Assembly (NCBI GenBank): GCA_942493095.1
Contig: OW818675.1
Location: 1-32,000, forward strand
Direction: 5' to 3'
DNA from: Candidatus Electronema halotolerans
GTDB lineage: Bacteria; Desulfobacterota; Desulfobulbia; Desulfobulbales; Desulfobulbaceae
Length of the DNA: 32,000 bases
Shown here: piece by piece, positions 1 through 9,003 of the stretch
Layout of the letters: each line of letters starts with the position of its first letter
How positions within the stretch are numbered: the stretch's first letter is position 1
Made by a program: the position numbers and the translations under genes
The notes under the pieces: generated by a model
Told to the model about the DNA's origin: nothing
Databases searched by the model: none
The model's input: the letters and a program-made list of their open reading frames with translations, nothing else

Positions 1-1
1 C

Positions 2-1723
2 CTCTTTGCCCTGCTTTTCGGCGCAGCGGCAGAATGGCTGTTCTGGGACGAGTTCAGCACCCGCTTCAATTTCATTGCCGTGGATTACTTGGTCTATACG
101 GACGAGGTGATCGGCAATATCTGGGAATCCTATCCCATGCCTGCCATTTTGGCCGGGCTGCTGGCACTGTCAGCCCTGCTCCTCTTCCTGCTCTGGCAGA
201 CTGGTCTGCCAAAACTCTGGCTGGCTGGCGAGCATGAGTCCTTCCGGGGCCGTCTGCGCAACGGAGCTGTCTGGCTGACTGCTGTCCTCGTGCTCGGCCT
301 GACCGTCAGCTTGAATTGGCTGCCATCCTTTGCCAACAACTACAACCGCGAGCTGGCCCAGAACGGAGTTTGGTCCCTGTTTGCCGCCTTCCAAGCCAAC
401 CAGCTTGACTATGCCACCTTCTACACCTGCCTGCCGCACAAGCAGGCTCTGTCGCATCTCCAGAAAGAGCTGGTTGAGGACGGCTCAGTCCTGCTCAGAC
501 CGAATAAGAGCGACTCGCTGCGCTATGTCCGCAATGAAGGGCCGGAGCAACATCCCAACATCATTCAGATCACCGTGGAAAGCCTGAGCGCGGACTTTCT
601 CGGCGCGTGGAATCCTGCCTCTGACCTGACCCCGAATCTGGACGCGCTGGCCAAAAAGAGTCTGATCTTCACCCAGTTCTATGCCACCGGCACCCGCACC
701 GTGCGGGGCATGGAGGCGCTGACCCTGTCCCTGCCGCCCACGCCGGGCCGCTCAGTCCTGAAAAGGCCGCACAATGAGAACATGTTCACCTTTGGTTCTG
801 TGCTGCGCAGCAGAGGCTATGACACCGCCTTTCTTTACGGAGGCTTTGGCTATTTTGACAATATGAACTACTTCTTCGGCAATAACGGCTACCGGATTGT
901 TGACCGGGCCGCTGTCACGTCTGAAGATGTCACCTTTGCCAATATCTGGGGGGCCTGCGATCAGGATTTGTACCGCTGGACCATGCGGGAGGCGGACAAA
1001 GAGGCGGCGGCTGGCAAGCCCTTTCACTTCTTCCTCATGACCACTTCCAATCACCGGCCTTTCACCTTCCCGGACGGTCAGATTGATCTGCCGTCCAAAA
1101 CAGCAGGCCGCCAAGGCGGGGTCAAATATACAGATTACGCCATCGGCGAGTTCATCCGCAAGGCCTCGGCCAAGCCGTGGTTCAAGAACACCATCTTTGT
1201 GGTCGTGGCTGACCACTGCGCCTCAAGCGCGGGCAAGACCGAGCTGCCTGTGGCCAAATATCATATTCCCCTGCTGATCTATGCGCCGGGCGGCCAGATT
1301 GCCCCGGGCCGGAACCGCACCCTGATGAGCCAGATGGACTATGCTCCGACTCTGCTCGGCCTGCTCGGCTGGAGCTATCCCAGCCGTTTCTTTGGCCACG
1401 ATGTCCGCCGGATGCAATCTGCTGATGAGGCTCATGCCCTGATCGGCACCTATCAGAAACTCGGTCATCTGGAGGACGGCGAGCTGACCGTGCTTGCGCC
1501 CCGGCATATACAGTCTTTTTATACTGTTGATCTGGCCAGCGCAACCATGACTCCGCTCAAGAACGTGCCGCCGGAAGAGGAGAATGAGGCGATCAGCTAT
1601 TATCAGATGGCGGAGAGCATGTTCAATCAGCGCAGCTACAACGCGCTCAATGCGGCTGAGTTTGAACAGTGGGCCGAAAAGGGGGAGATGGTGACCTCTG
1701 CGAGAGTCTCCTGCCGTTTTTAA
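2..1723 (+). CDS. LTA synthase / alkaline-phosphatase superfamily membrane sulfatase, 5' end truncated by window
   Basis: Frame is open from base 2 (LFALLFGAAAEWLFWDEFSTRFNFIAVDYLVY...). Hydrophobic N-terminus, then NIIQITVESLSADFLG, FYATGTRTVRGMEAL, FFLMTTSNHRPFTFPDG and VVVADHCA, typical of LTA-synthase-like sulfatases. Confidence 0.88.
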   Translation, partial: LFALLFGAAAEWLFWDEFSTRFNFIAVDYLVYTDEVIGNIWESYPMPAILAGLLALSALLLFLLWQTGLPKLWLAGEHESFRGRLRNGAVWLTAVLVLGLTVSLNWLPSFANNYNRELAQNGVWSLFAAFQANQLDYATFYTCLPHKQALSHLQKELVEDGSVLLRPNKSDSLRYVRNEGPEQHPNIIQITVESLSADFLGAWNPASDLTPNLDALAKKSLIFTQFYATGTRTVRGMEALTLSLPPTPGRSVLKRPHNENMFTFGSVLRSRGYDTAFLYGGFGYFDNMNYFFGNNGYRIVDRAAVTSEDVTFANIWGACDQDLYRWTMREADKEAAAGKPFHFFLMTTSNHRPFTFPDGQIDLPSKTAGRQGGVKYTDYAIGEFIRKASAKPWFKNTIFVVVADHCASSAGKTELPVAKYHIPLLIYAPGGQIAPGRNRTLMSQMDYAPTLLGLLGWSYPSRFFGHDVRRMQSADEAHALIGTYQKLGHLEDGELTVLAPRHIQSFYTVDLASATMTPLKNVPPEEENEAISYYQMAESMFNQRSYNALNAAEFEQWAEKGEMVTSARVSCRF

Positions 1724-1762
1724 CGGCTCTGCATCAATCAAACAACATCAGGAGGAAGAATC

Positions 1763-2770
1763 ATGAACTGGCATGTTGCTGTCAACGGACAGACGCTTGG
1801 TCCTTTTCCGCAAAAGCAAATCGTGGCCGGGCTGCAGTCTGGTCAGTACAATCAAGCAACTATGGTCTGGCGGGAAGGCTTCAGCGACTGGCTGCCTGTG
1901 GCCCAAGTGCCGGAGCTGACCAATCCGAACGCAGCGGCGACAGCCCAGTCTGCGCCGCCACCTGCCATGTCTGGCTCCAGTGCGGATGAGATTGACTACG
2001 AAATTTTCGGTCATGAGATGCAGTTTGTCGAGATCGAGCTGGACCCGGAGGAAAGCGTGGTGGCCGAGGCGGGTGCTATGATGTACATGAGCGACAACAT
2101 CCAGATGCAGACCATTTTCGGCGACGGCTCGGCCTCCTCGCAGTCAGGCGGTTTTTTTGACAAGATGCTCGGCGCGGGCAAGCGGCTGATCACTGGCGAG
2201 AGCCTGTTCATGACCATGTTCACCTTCACCGGCTACGGCAAGGGCCGGGTCGCCTTTGCCGCCCCCTATCCAGGCAAGATCATTCCCCTTGATCTGCGCC
2301 GCTACAACGGGCGGATCATCTGTCAGAAAGATGCTTTTCTCTGCGCGGCCAAAGGTGTGGCTGTGGGCGTGGCCTTTCAAAAGCGGATCGGCACGGCCCT
2401 GTTCGGCGGCGAAGGCTTCATCATGCAGCGGCTGGACGGCGACGGCCTCTGCTTTGTTCATGCGGGTGGCACCATTGTCGAAAAACAGCTTGAAGCAGGC
2501 CAGAGCCTGCGGGTTGACACTGGCTGCCTTGTCGCCCTGACCCAGACCGTTCAGTATGACATTGAATTTGTCGGCGGGGTCAAGTCAGCCATCTTTGGCG
2601 GCGAAGGCTTCTTCTTTGCCAGCCTGCGCGGGCCAGGCCATGTCTGGCTCCAGTCCCTGCCCTTCTCGCGTCTGGCCGGACGCATCTTTGCCGCTGCACC
2701 CCAAGCTGGCGGCAAAAGCGTTGGCCAGGGTTCTGTGATCGGCAACCTTTCCACGCTCTTTGAACGATAG
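1763..2770 (+). CDS. AIM24/TIGR00266-family protein with N-terminal GYF_2-like domain
   Basis: 335 aa. N-term [44 protein letters not shown] (GYF_2-like); C-term [21 protein letters not shown]...[22 protein letters not shown]...[27 protein letters not shown]-rich RBS upstream. Confidence 0.85.
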   Translation: MNWHVAVNGQTLGPFPQKQIVAGLQSGQYNQATMVWREGFSDWLPVAQVPELTNPNAAATAQSAPPPAMSGSSADEIDYEIFGHEMQFVEIELDPEESVVAEAGAMMYMSDNIQMQTIFGDGSASSQSGGFFDKMLGAGKRLITGESLFMTMFTFTGYGKGRVAFAAPYPGKIIPLDLRRYNGRIICQKDAFLCAAKGVAVGVAFQKRIGTALFGGEGFIMQRLDGDGLCFVHAGGTIVEKQLEAGQSLRVDTGCLVALTQTVQYDIEFVGGVKSAIFGGEGFFFASLRGPGHVWLQSLPFSRLAGRIFAAAPQAGGKSVGQGSVIGNLSTLFER

Positions 2771-2775
2771 CCCGG

Positions 2776-3264
2776 ATGTCCTTCCAACTGCGGAGCAGCA
2801 TCACTGCCGCCTATCTGTTCTGCCTCTACGCCAGTCTTGGCATTGCCCGGCCTGCGGCGGAATATCTGCGCGCCAGGAACCTGCTCCGACTGACCGTGCT
2901 GGCTCTGTTCACGCTTGCCCTGCCAGCCGTGCTGCGCTGGCGGGCTGCCGCCGCAGGCCGGACCAAGATGCTCCAGCGGCTGACCTTGGCTGCCTTGCTC
3001 CTGACAGCAGCGTTTGTTCTTGCCAAGACCCCGGAGGAGCGGCTTCATTTTCTCACCTACAGTCTCCTCGGCTGGCTGCTCGCCTGGAGTCTGGAAGAAA
3101 AAAAAGTCAGTCCGCTCCTGCCGCTGCTCTTGGTCTGGCTGGCCGGAACCGGTGACGAGCTGATTCAGGGCTGGCTGCCTGACCGCGTTTTTGATCTCCG
3201 CGACATTTTGTTCAACGGGCTGGCCGGAACAGTGGGAACAGCCCTGTTCGCCACAGGCTCATGA
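2776..3264 (+). CDS. VanZ-like family membrane protein
   Basis: 162 aa, several TM segments, EERLHFLTYSLLGWLLAW and GTGDELIQGWLPDRVFDLRDILFNGLAG match the VanZ-like pattern. Confidence 0.75.
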   Translation: MSFQLRSSITAAYLFCLYASLGIARPAAEYLRARNLLRLTVLALFTLALPAVLRWRAAAAGRTKMLQRLTLAALLLTAAFVLAKTPEERLHFLTYSLLGWLLAWSLEEKKVSPLLPLLLVWLAGTGDELIQGWLPDRVFDLRDILFNGLAGTVGTALFATGS

Positions 3265-3439
3265 GAGAAATTTCAGGGACTGAAGTCTGTTTTTTCGCAG
3301 CAAAAATTCCCCGGCCTTTCCTTTGATAATCCTGTCGTCCCGTGGTACAATAACCTTTCAAACAGCGGTGAAACAGCTGTCCGCTGTGCAGGAAAATTTC
3401 AATCACGATCAGGAGCTGCCGCCTCAGTGCGGCTTGGAC

Positions 3440-4750
3440 ATGAACAACACCCCGCCTGTTTCCCGCAGAATACGGGTCGGCTGCCGGATCCGGCTCGAAG
3501 CGTATCAGTCATGGGAAGAAAGTTTCCATGTCTTTGATGAGGAATCTGCTTTAGCCGTGGAAATGGCCTTGGCTGCCGGACGGCCTCTGCTGGTGCGGGG
3601 CGAGCCGGGCAGCGGCAAGACCCAGCTGGCTCGTGCCGCCGCGCAGGAGCTGAACCGTCATTTCATGGCCCAGATCATCAACGGCTCTTCTGAGGGACAG
3701 GACTTGCTCTGGACCTACGATCCAGTGGCCCGGCTTCATGATGCCCAGACCTTGGCGGCAGAGGCGGCAGTTAAGGCGGTTCAGCAGGATTTGTCTGCGG
3801 ATGAAGAAGCGCAGGAGGCGGAAGGGCAGGACCAGTCTCAAGCCTCATCGGCAAGATCGGGCAGAAAAAAGACAGCCCGCTACCGCAGAAAAAAATCAGC
3901 CAAGCAGCAGCGCGGAGACCGTGAGCAGCTGTTCAAACTGCTCCGCAGCGGCACGGCGACTGGGTCAAATCGGAACTGTCCGCTGGAGCGAAGCTGCGGC
4001 GGCAGTCTTGATCCGGGCAGCTATGTCAGCCCCGGCATACTCTGGTGGGCTTTGGACTGCGTCTCAGCCCGGCGGCAGCATGAGCAGTGCCGCTGCCCCG
4101 GTTATCAGCCTGCCTTTGGCTGCTGTCCAGCCGGAGACATGGCGGCAGCGGAACTCTTGGCCGCAGCCCGGCGCGGCTTTGTTCTCCTGCTCGATGAAAT
4201 CGACAAGGCCGAAGCCTCCCTGCCCAATGCCCTGCTGGAGGTGCTGGGCAATGGCAGCTTTCAGGTGCCGCTGCTCAACCATCTGGTCACTGTGCCGCCG
4301 GGCCGGGAAAAGCCCTTGGTGATCATCACCACCAACGAGGAGCGGGAGCTGCCGCCCGCCTTTGTCCGCCGCTGCTTGGTTCTCAATCTTCGCTTTGATG
4401 ATGAGCGGCATCTGCGCAACTGGTGGAACAAGCAGGCATATCAGAACCCGAATGCGTACAGGGCGGATCAGTTTCAGCCGGACCGCGCCTTGATCGGCTG
4501 GCTGGCCGAGCGGGGTGAAGTGCATTTTGAGGGCTTTTTTACTGCCAAGGTCAGGGAGCGGGCTGCCGAGCTGCTGGTCAGGGACCGCCGGGAGGCCAAG
4601 CAGCTTGGCATGGTCAGACCGGGACAGGCCGAATATCTTGATCTGCTCCGCGCCCTGCGCGAGATGACCGCCCCAGAGGACAGCAGCCAGCAGCTTGCCC
4701 TGCTGGAGCGGATCAGTCCTTATGCCTTGGTCAAGCATCCGCTGGAATGA
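3440..4750 (+). CDS. MoxR-type AAA+ ATPase
   Basis: Walker A GEPGSGKTQLAR, Walker B FVLLLDEIDKAEASLPNALLEVLGNG, sensor VIITTNEERELPPAFVRRCL. The ORF is open from 3323, but ATG 3440 is a plausible start. Contains a basic/Q-rich low-complexity insertion before Walker B. Confidence 0.85.
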   Translation: MNNTPPVSRRIRVGCRIRLEAYQSWEESFHVFDEESALAVEMALAAGRPLLVRGEPGSGKTQLARAAAQELNRHFMAQIINGSSEGQDLLWTYDPVARLHDAQTLAAEAAVKAVQQDLSADEEAQEAEGQDQSQASSARSGRKKTARYRRKKSAKQQRGDREQLFKLLRSGTATGSNRNCPLERSCGGSLDPGSYVSPGILWWALDCVSARRQHEQCRCPGYQPAFGCCPAGDMAAAELLAAARRGFVLLLDEIDKAEASLPNALLEVLGNGSFQVPLLNHLVTVPPGREKPLVIITTNEERELPPAFVRRCLVLNLRFDDERHLRNWWNKQAYQNPNAYRADQFQPDRALIGWLAERGEVHFEGFFTAKVRERAAELLVRDRREAKQLGMVRPGQAEYLDLLRALREMTAPEDSSQQLALLERISPYALVKHPLE

Positions 4751-6789
4751 GCCGCACACAGCTTGTCAGCCAGGCTGATCTGCTCCGCCTGTTGGCCAGA
4801 CAGCCTGCTGCGCCGCTGACCGAGGCGGCCCGGCTGGTCGGATATCAGCCCCTATTGCCCACGCTTCTGCCAAAAGAAGAGGCTGCTTATGAAACTGCTC
4901 CTGCCACAGCCCAAGAACAGCAAGGTCTTGTTGAGCCGGTTTTCTGGCATTTAGCCCGGCGCGAGCCGCTGCACATTCGTCCCAGTCTCAAGCCTGCTGC
5001 TGGAGCGCAGAATCTGCCTGCGAAACTGCGGCATGTCCAGCCCTTGCGGGCGCAGGAGCTGCAATTCTCCGTTCCTGACCTGCTGGCGGAACAAGCTAGG
5101 CTGACTCTGCGGAAGCGGCAAAGCAAACAGAGAGCACTTGCCCAAGCAGTGCGCAGCGCGGCCCGGCTGCGGCCTTTGCCGTCACAACCGATTCAGCAAA
5201 GCGTCAAATATCAGCGGCTGGAGCGTCTGCCGCCGCCGGTGCGTGCGCTGGAGCTGCTCCGCCAAGGCGGGTTGCTGGAGCGCAGTCAGTGCGACTGGCT
5301 GGAGCGGTTCTTTCTCCGTCTGGCCCGGACGTGGCTTGACCGGCCCAAGAACGCGGAACTTCTCGATTATATCAACGAACTGCTGGAGCTGCTGCCAGAC
5401 AGCCTGCGCCGCCAGCAGGACGGCCCGGCCTTTCTCTATGGCATTGCTCATCGGGACGAGCTGCGGGCTGGAGCGACCATTCCGCAGCCATATCTGGCCG
5501 AGGCCATAGCAAGCATGATTCAGCAGCCGCTGCCTGCGTCAGAATGGCTGTTGGTGCAGAAGGGCGAGGAGCTGTTTCTGCTCAACAGCCCTGACAACGG
5601 CATCTGTTTGCTGCACGGCAGCCGGATCGGGGCTTTGCAGCTTGAGGCGGACCTGCTTCTCCTGCACCAAGGCGGGCAGACTGAGACTGCGCCGGTGCAG
5701 GAGGCAAAACCGATTTGCATTCTCAAGCGGGCCGAAACGGTCTGTCTGCAAAGCCAGAGCGAACAGCTCGTTATTCAGCCCTGCGCCAAACCGGCTTGGG
5801 CCGCCCTGATCGGCAGGAACAGCCGCGATCTCTTCGCCGAAGTGCTGTGGCTGGGCCGGAGCTGCCGCCTGCACTGGCAGATTCCTGCTGCAAACAGCCA
5901 AGGCCGCTGGCAGAGCTATGGCAGACCAGTGGATATGGACAGTTTCGGCCTTACGGCCTGCATCAGCTTTCAGGGCAAGGTGATGCAGCGGTTCCGCTGG
6001 CTGGAGCCGGGCCAGTTTTTCATGGGATCGCCAGAGGATGAGCCGGAACGGGAAATTTGGGGCAAGGAGACCCGGCATGAAGTGCATCTGAGCAAGGGCT
6101 TTTGGCTGGCAGACACGCCAGTCACGCAGGAGCTGTGGCAGTTTGTCATGCAGAACAATCCCTCGAAATTTCGCGGCAAAGATCATCCGGTTGACAGCGT
6201 GAGCTGGGAGGAGGTGCAGATTTTTCTCCAGCGGCTCAACGCCCTGCTGCCGGGCCTCAATGCCCGCCTGCCCTTTGAGGCGGAATGGGAATATGCCTGC
6301 CGGGCCGGGACCAGCACCGCCTTTGCCTTTGGCAGCCGGATCACGCCGGAGCAGGTCAACTATAACGGCCAGTTTCCGTGCAGTTGCGCGACAAAAGGGC
6401 TGTTCCGCCGCCGCACCGTGCCAGTGCGGAGTCTGCCAGCCAATGGCTGGGGTTTATACGAAATGCACGGCAATCTTTGGGAGTGGTGTCAGGACTGGTG
6501 GCTGGAGGATTTGGGGCCGGAACCTGCGCTTGATCCGCACGGGCCGGAACAGGGCGAATTTCGGGTTGTGCGGGGAGGCTCTTGGTTTCTTGGCGGCAAG
6601 GGGGTGCGCTCCGCAGTCCGGGGCAAGTTCGGGCCAGCAGATTTCGGCAGCGACCGGGTCGGCTTCCGCATTGCCTGCGCTCAGGAATCCGGCAGCAGAG
6701 AAGAACCGATTCCTGCGGCAAAAACAGACAGTAAACCAAAAAAGACAGGCGGCAGTCTGCTCAAGCGACTGCTGCGGTGGCGGCAATGA
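4747..6789 (+). CDS. Large protein with uncharacterised ~400-aa N-terminal region and C-terminal SUMF1/formylglycine-generating-enzyme-like domain
   Basis: 680 aa, 4-bp ATGA overlap with the MoxR stop. C-term FRWLEPGQFFMGSPEDEPEREIW...LPFEAEWEYACRAGT...WGLYEMHGNLWEWCQDWW...RVVRGGSWFLGG...VGFRIA. Confidence 0.85.
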   Translation: MSRTQLVSQADLLRLLARQPAAPLTEAARLVGYQPLLPTLLPKEEAAYETAPATAQEQQGLVEPVFWHLARREPLHIRPSLKPAAGAQNLPAKLRHVQPLRAQELQFSVPDLLAEQARLTLRKRQSKQRALAQAVRSAARLRPLPSQPIQQSVKYQRLERLPPPVRALELLRQGGLLERSQCDWLERFFLRLARTWLDRPKNAELLDYINELLELLPDSLRRQQDGPAFLYGIAHRDELRAGATIPQPYLAEAIASMIQQPLPASEWLLVQKGEELFLLNSPDNGICLLHGSRIGALQLEADLLLLHQGGQTETAPVQEAKPICILKRAETVCLQSQSEQLVIQPCAKPAWAALIGRNSRDLFAEVLWLGRSCRLHWQIPAANSQGRWQSYGRPVDMDSFGLTACISFQGKVMQRFRWLEPGQFFMGSPEDEPEREIWGKETRHEVHLSKGFWLADTPVTQELWQFVMQNNPSKFRGKDHPVDSVSWEEVQIFLQRLNALLPGLNARLPFEAEWEYACRAGTSTAFAFGSRITPEQVNYNGQFPCSCATKGLFRRRTVPVRSLPANGWGLYEMHGNLWEWCQDWWLEDLGPEPALDPHGPEQGEFRVVRGGSWFLGGKGVRSAVRGKFGPADFGSDRVGFRIACAQESGSREEPIPAAKTDSKPKKTGGSLLKRLLRWRQ

Positions 6790-7577
6790 TGTTTCAGGAT
6801 GTGCCTGCCCCATTTCCGCCGCCGTGGGCTTCCAGCTGGGGCGAGGATGCCTTGGGCCTCTGGCTGACCCTCAGCCAGCATGGCATCCGCCAGCTCTTCC
6901 GCTGGATCAGGCCCTGCAATTTTCTGATGGGCGCGCCGGACGAGGAGACTGCCGGACTGCATCTGCCGGGTCGGGAGACGCTGCATGAGGTGCGTCTGAG
7001 CAAAGGCTTCTGGCTGGCCGAGACAACCGTCACACAGGAACTCTGGCAGGCGGTCATGCACAGCAATCCCAGCGGCTTCAGCAGGCCGCAGCAGCCAGTA
7101 GAGCGGGTGAGCTGGGAGGATGCGCAGCTCTTTTTTCAACGGTTAAATGCCATGCTGCCAAAATTGCAAGCCCGCCTGCCCTTTGAGGCGGAATGGGAAT
7201 GCGCCTGCCGGGCTGGAAGCAGGACAGCTTTCTCCTTTGGCGAACAAATCAGGCCGGAGCAGGTCAATTTCAACACCTCCCTTGACGGCTGGGAGGAGCT
7301 GTACCGGCGCAGGACCGTGCCGGTGCGCAGTCTGCCTGCCAATGCTTGGGGTTTATACGAAATGCACGGCAATGTCTGGGAGTGGTGCCAAGACTGGTGG
7401 CAGGAGAATTTGGGCGCAGCAGCTGCTGCGAAGCCGCAGGGGCCGGAGCAATGTGACCTGCGGCCCGTGCGCGGCGGCTCCTGGGTCTGCGATGCCGCCT
7501 CTGTCCGCTCCGCCAGCCGCGACCGCTATCCTGCTGATTACCGGGGTGCCAGCATCGGTTTCAGGATTGCGGTGTGA
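6777..7577 (+). CDS. SUMF1/formylglycine-generating-enzyme-like protein, tandem paralog of preceding C-terminal domain
   Basis: 266 aa. WASSWGEDALGLWLTL..IRQLFRWIRPCNFLMGAPDEE...LPFEAEWECACRAGS...VPVRSLPANAWGLYEMHGNVWEWCQDWW...RPVRGGSWVCDAASVRSASR...IGFRIAV. Overlaps upstream gene by 13 bp. Confidence 0.83.
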   Translation: MAAMMFQDVPAPFPPPWASSWGEDALGLWLTLSQHGIRQLFRWIRPCNFLMGAPDEETAGLHLPGRETLHEVRLSKGFWLAETTVTQELWQAVMHSNPSGFSRPQQPVERVSWEDAQLFFQRLNAMLPKLQARLPFEAEWECACRAGSRTAFSFGEQIRPEQVNFNTSLDGWEELYRRRTVPVRSLPANAWGLYEMHGNVWEWCQDWWQENLGAAAAAKPQGPEQCDLRPVRGGSWVCDAASVRSASRDRYPADYRGASIGFRIAV

Positions 7578-7586
7578 CGGCCCTGT

Positions 7587-8729
7587 TCACTGATTCAGCA
7601 GCAAATGGAGCGTGGCTTGCAAGGCCGGGTGAAATGAGGACGGCTGCGCAAAGTACGGCTGTAGAAAAGCCATTGCCGCTTGGTCCGGCCCTTGATCAGG
7701 CTGGCCTAAATTTGTCGGCTCAAGGGTGAATTGATAATCATCATCCCACCACGGGCCGCCAGCCCACCACGTCCAGCCAAGCCATACATCAGAATTTTCT
7801 TTGATATAGGTGAGCATGTTGTAAATGACCTCATCACCAATTTGGTCTTCTGCTGTGCCAATTGTGGAATTAGCCACGGCAAATTCAGCAAGAAAACCTT
7901 TGAAGTTGTGTTCTTTCAGCCAGTTGGTGAATTCCTCAAACTTCCATGTAATATAGGGATCATTGTTGCAAATTTCAGATGACTGGCCGGAGCTGTCACA
8001 ATCCATATACTGGTGAACTTCAAAGGCAAAATTGTTTTCCGAATCAACAATATTGAGCATGGCCTCAGAATTGGCACCATCATACCATGTTGCTGTCCAT
8101 GACCAAGCCCCGGTCCACCCGTTGCCGGGCACTAATATCAGATTTTTTGCTCCCGCATCACGAATAGCGGCAATGGCAGCATTTTCAGACGTGACCAATT
8201 GTGCTGTGGGCATGCTATTTGGTTCATTCATCAAACCAAAGATGACTTGGTTATTTTCTTTATAGTGACTGGCAAGTTTACTCCAGAAATCAGCAAACGC
8301 GGAATCTGGCACTTCATCGGTTCCGACCAGTCGCTTTTGGACATCATTTGAATCAGGATAGTATCGTTGATAATTATGAGGGTCAAGAATCACATAAGCA
8401 CCCTTTTCTGTCGCATAGTCAACAAAGGCATCCATCCGTGCCAGTTCGTCTGCATCCAATGCAGCATTCTGAGATTGTTGCAGCCGTTCCCAGCGAAAGG
8501 GCAGCCGAAAGGTGTTCATGCCTTTGCCGAGATAGTAATCAATCTCGGCAGAGTTTGGATATATGTAATCGGTGCCGTAGGTGCCGGGGAGATTGGAAGG
8601 GGTAGAGTCGGCACCGGATAAATTGATGCCGGTATATTTAATTTTTGCCTGCAAAATTGCTGGAAAAAACAGTAAGGCTGTGATCGTAAGCAATAAAAAC
8701 AATATCTGATGGAAGCTGCTTTTCTTCAC
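7587..8729 (-). CDS. Secreted glycoside hydrolase family 5-type endoglucanase
   Basis: Signal peptide VKKSSFHQILFLLLTITALLFFPAILQA; GMNTFRLPFRWERLQ, VILDPHNYQRYYP, VIFGLMNEPNSM, FEVHQYMDCDSSG, WLGWTWWAGGPWWDD. GTG start at 8729 is preceded by AAGGAG; the ORF is open to 8759. Confidence 0.87.
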   Translation of the reverse strand: MKKSSFHQILFLLLTITALLFFPAILQAKIKYTGINLSGADSTPSNLPGTYGTDYIYPNSAEIDYYLGKGMNTFRLPFRWERLQQSQNAALDADELARMDAFVDYATEKGAYVILDPHNYQRYYPDSNDVQKRLVGTDEVPDSAFADFWSKLASHYKENNQVIFGLMNEPNSMPTAQLVTSENAAIAAIRDAGAKNLILVPGNGWTGAWSWTATWYDGANSEAMLNIVDSENNFAFEVHQYMDCDSSGQSSEICNNDPYITWKFEEFTNWLKEHNFKGFLAEFAVANSTIGTAEDQIGDEVIYNMLTYIKENSDVWLGWTWWAGGPWWDDDYQFTLEPTNLGQPDQGPDQAAMAFLQPYFAQPSSFHPALQATLHLLLNQ

Positions 8730-9003
8730 TGAATTCTCCTTGTGTAAATGCGGATTCAAGTTGCAAGAGCAACGTTTGCTGATTTAAAAAGAACGAATTA
8801 CAGCAGGATGATAACCCGATTTTTGCAAAATAGCAAGAGGAGCGCAGAAAATCAACTTACCGAAACAAAACGTGACCAGATAGATGTACGCCTTGAGGCA
8901 GGCAGGATTGAAGCTGTCACGAAAATTTCCTGGCTTCATCACACCCAAAAAGCTATTCTTGAGAGTGAGTTAATCCGCAATCTCTGACCGCAACTGAACC
9001 ACC

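Noticed and set aside
3738-4322. 194-aa overlapping plus-frame ORF inside the MoxR gene as evidence for a frameshift
   Set aside because: The annotated MoxR frame contains both the YVSPGILWWALD and Walker B motifs in frame on either side, so no frameshift is required.
8748-8987. 79-aa plus-strand ORF upstream of the oxidoreductase gene
   Set aside because: No clear RBS or homology is recognisable; at most its C-terminal half could be a gene remnant, so it is not reported as a gene.
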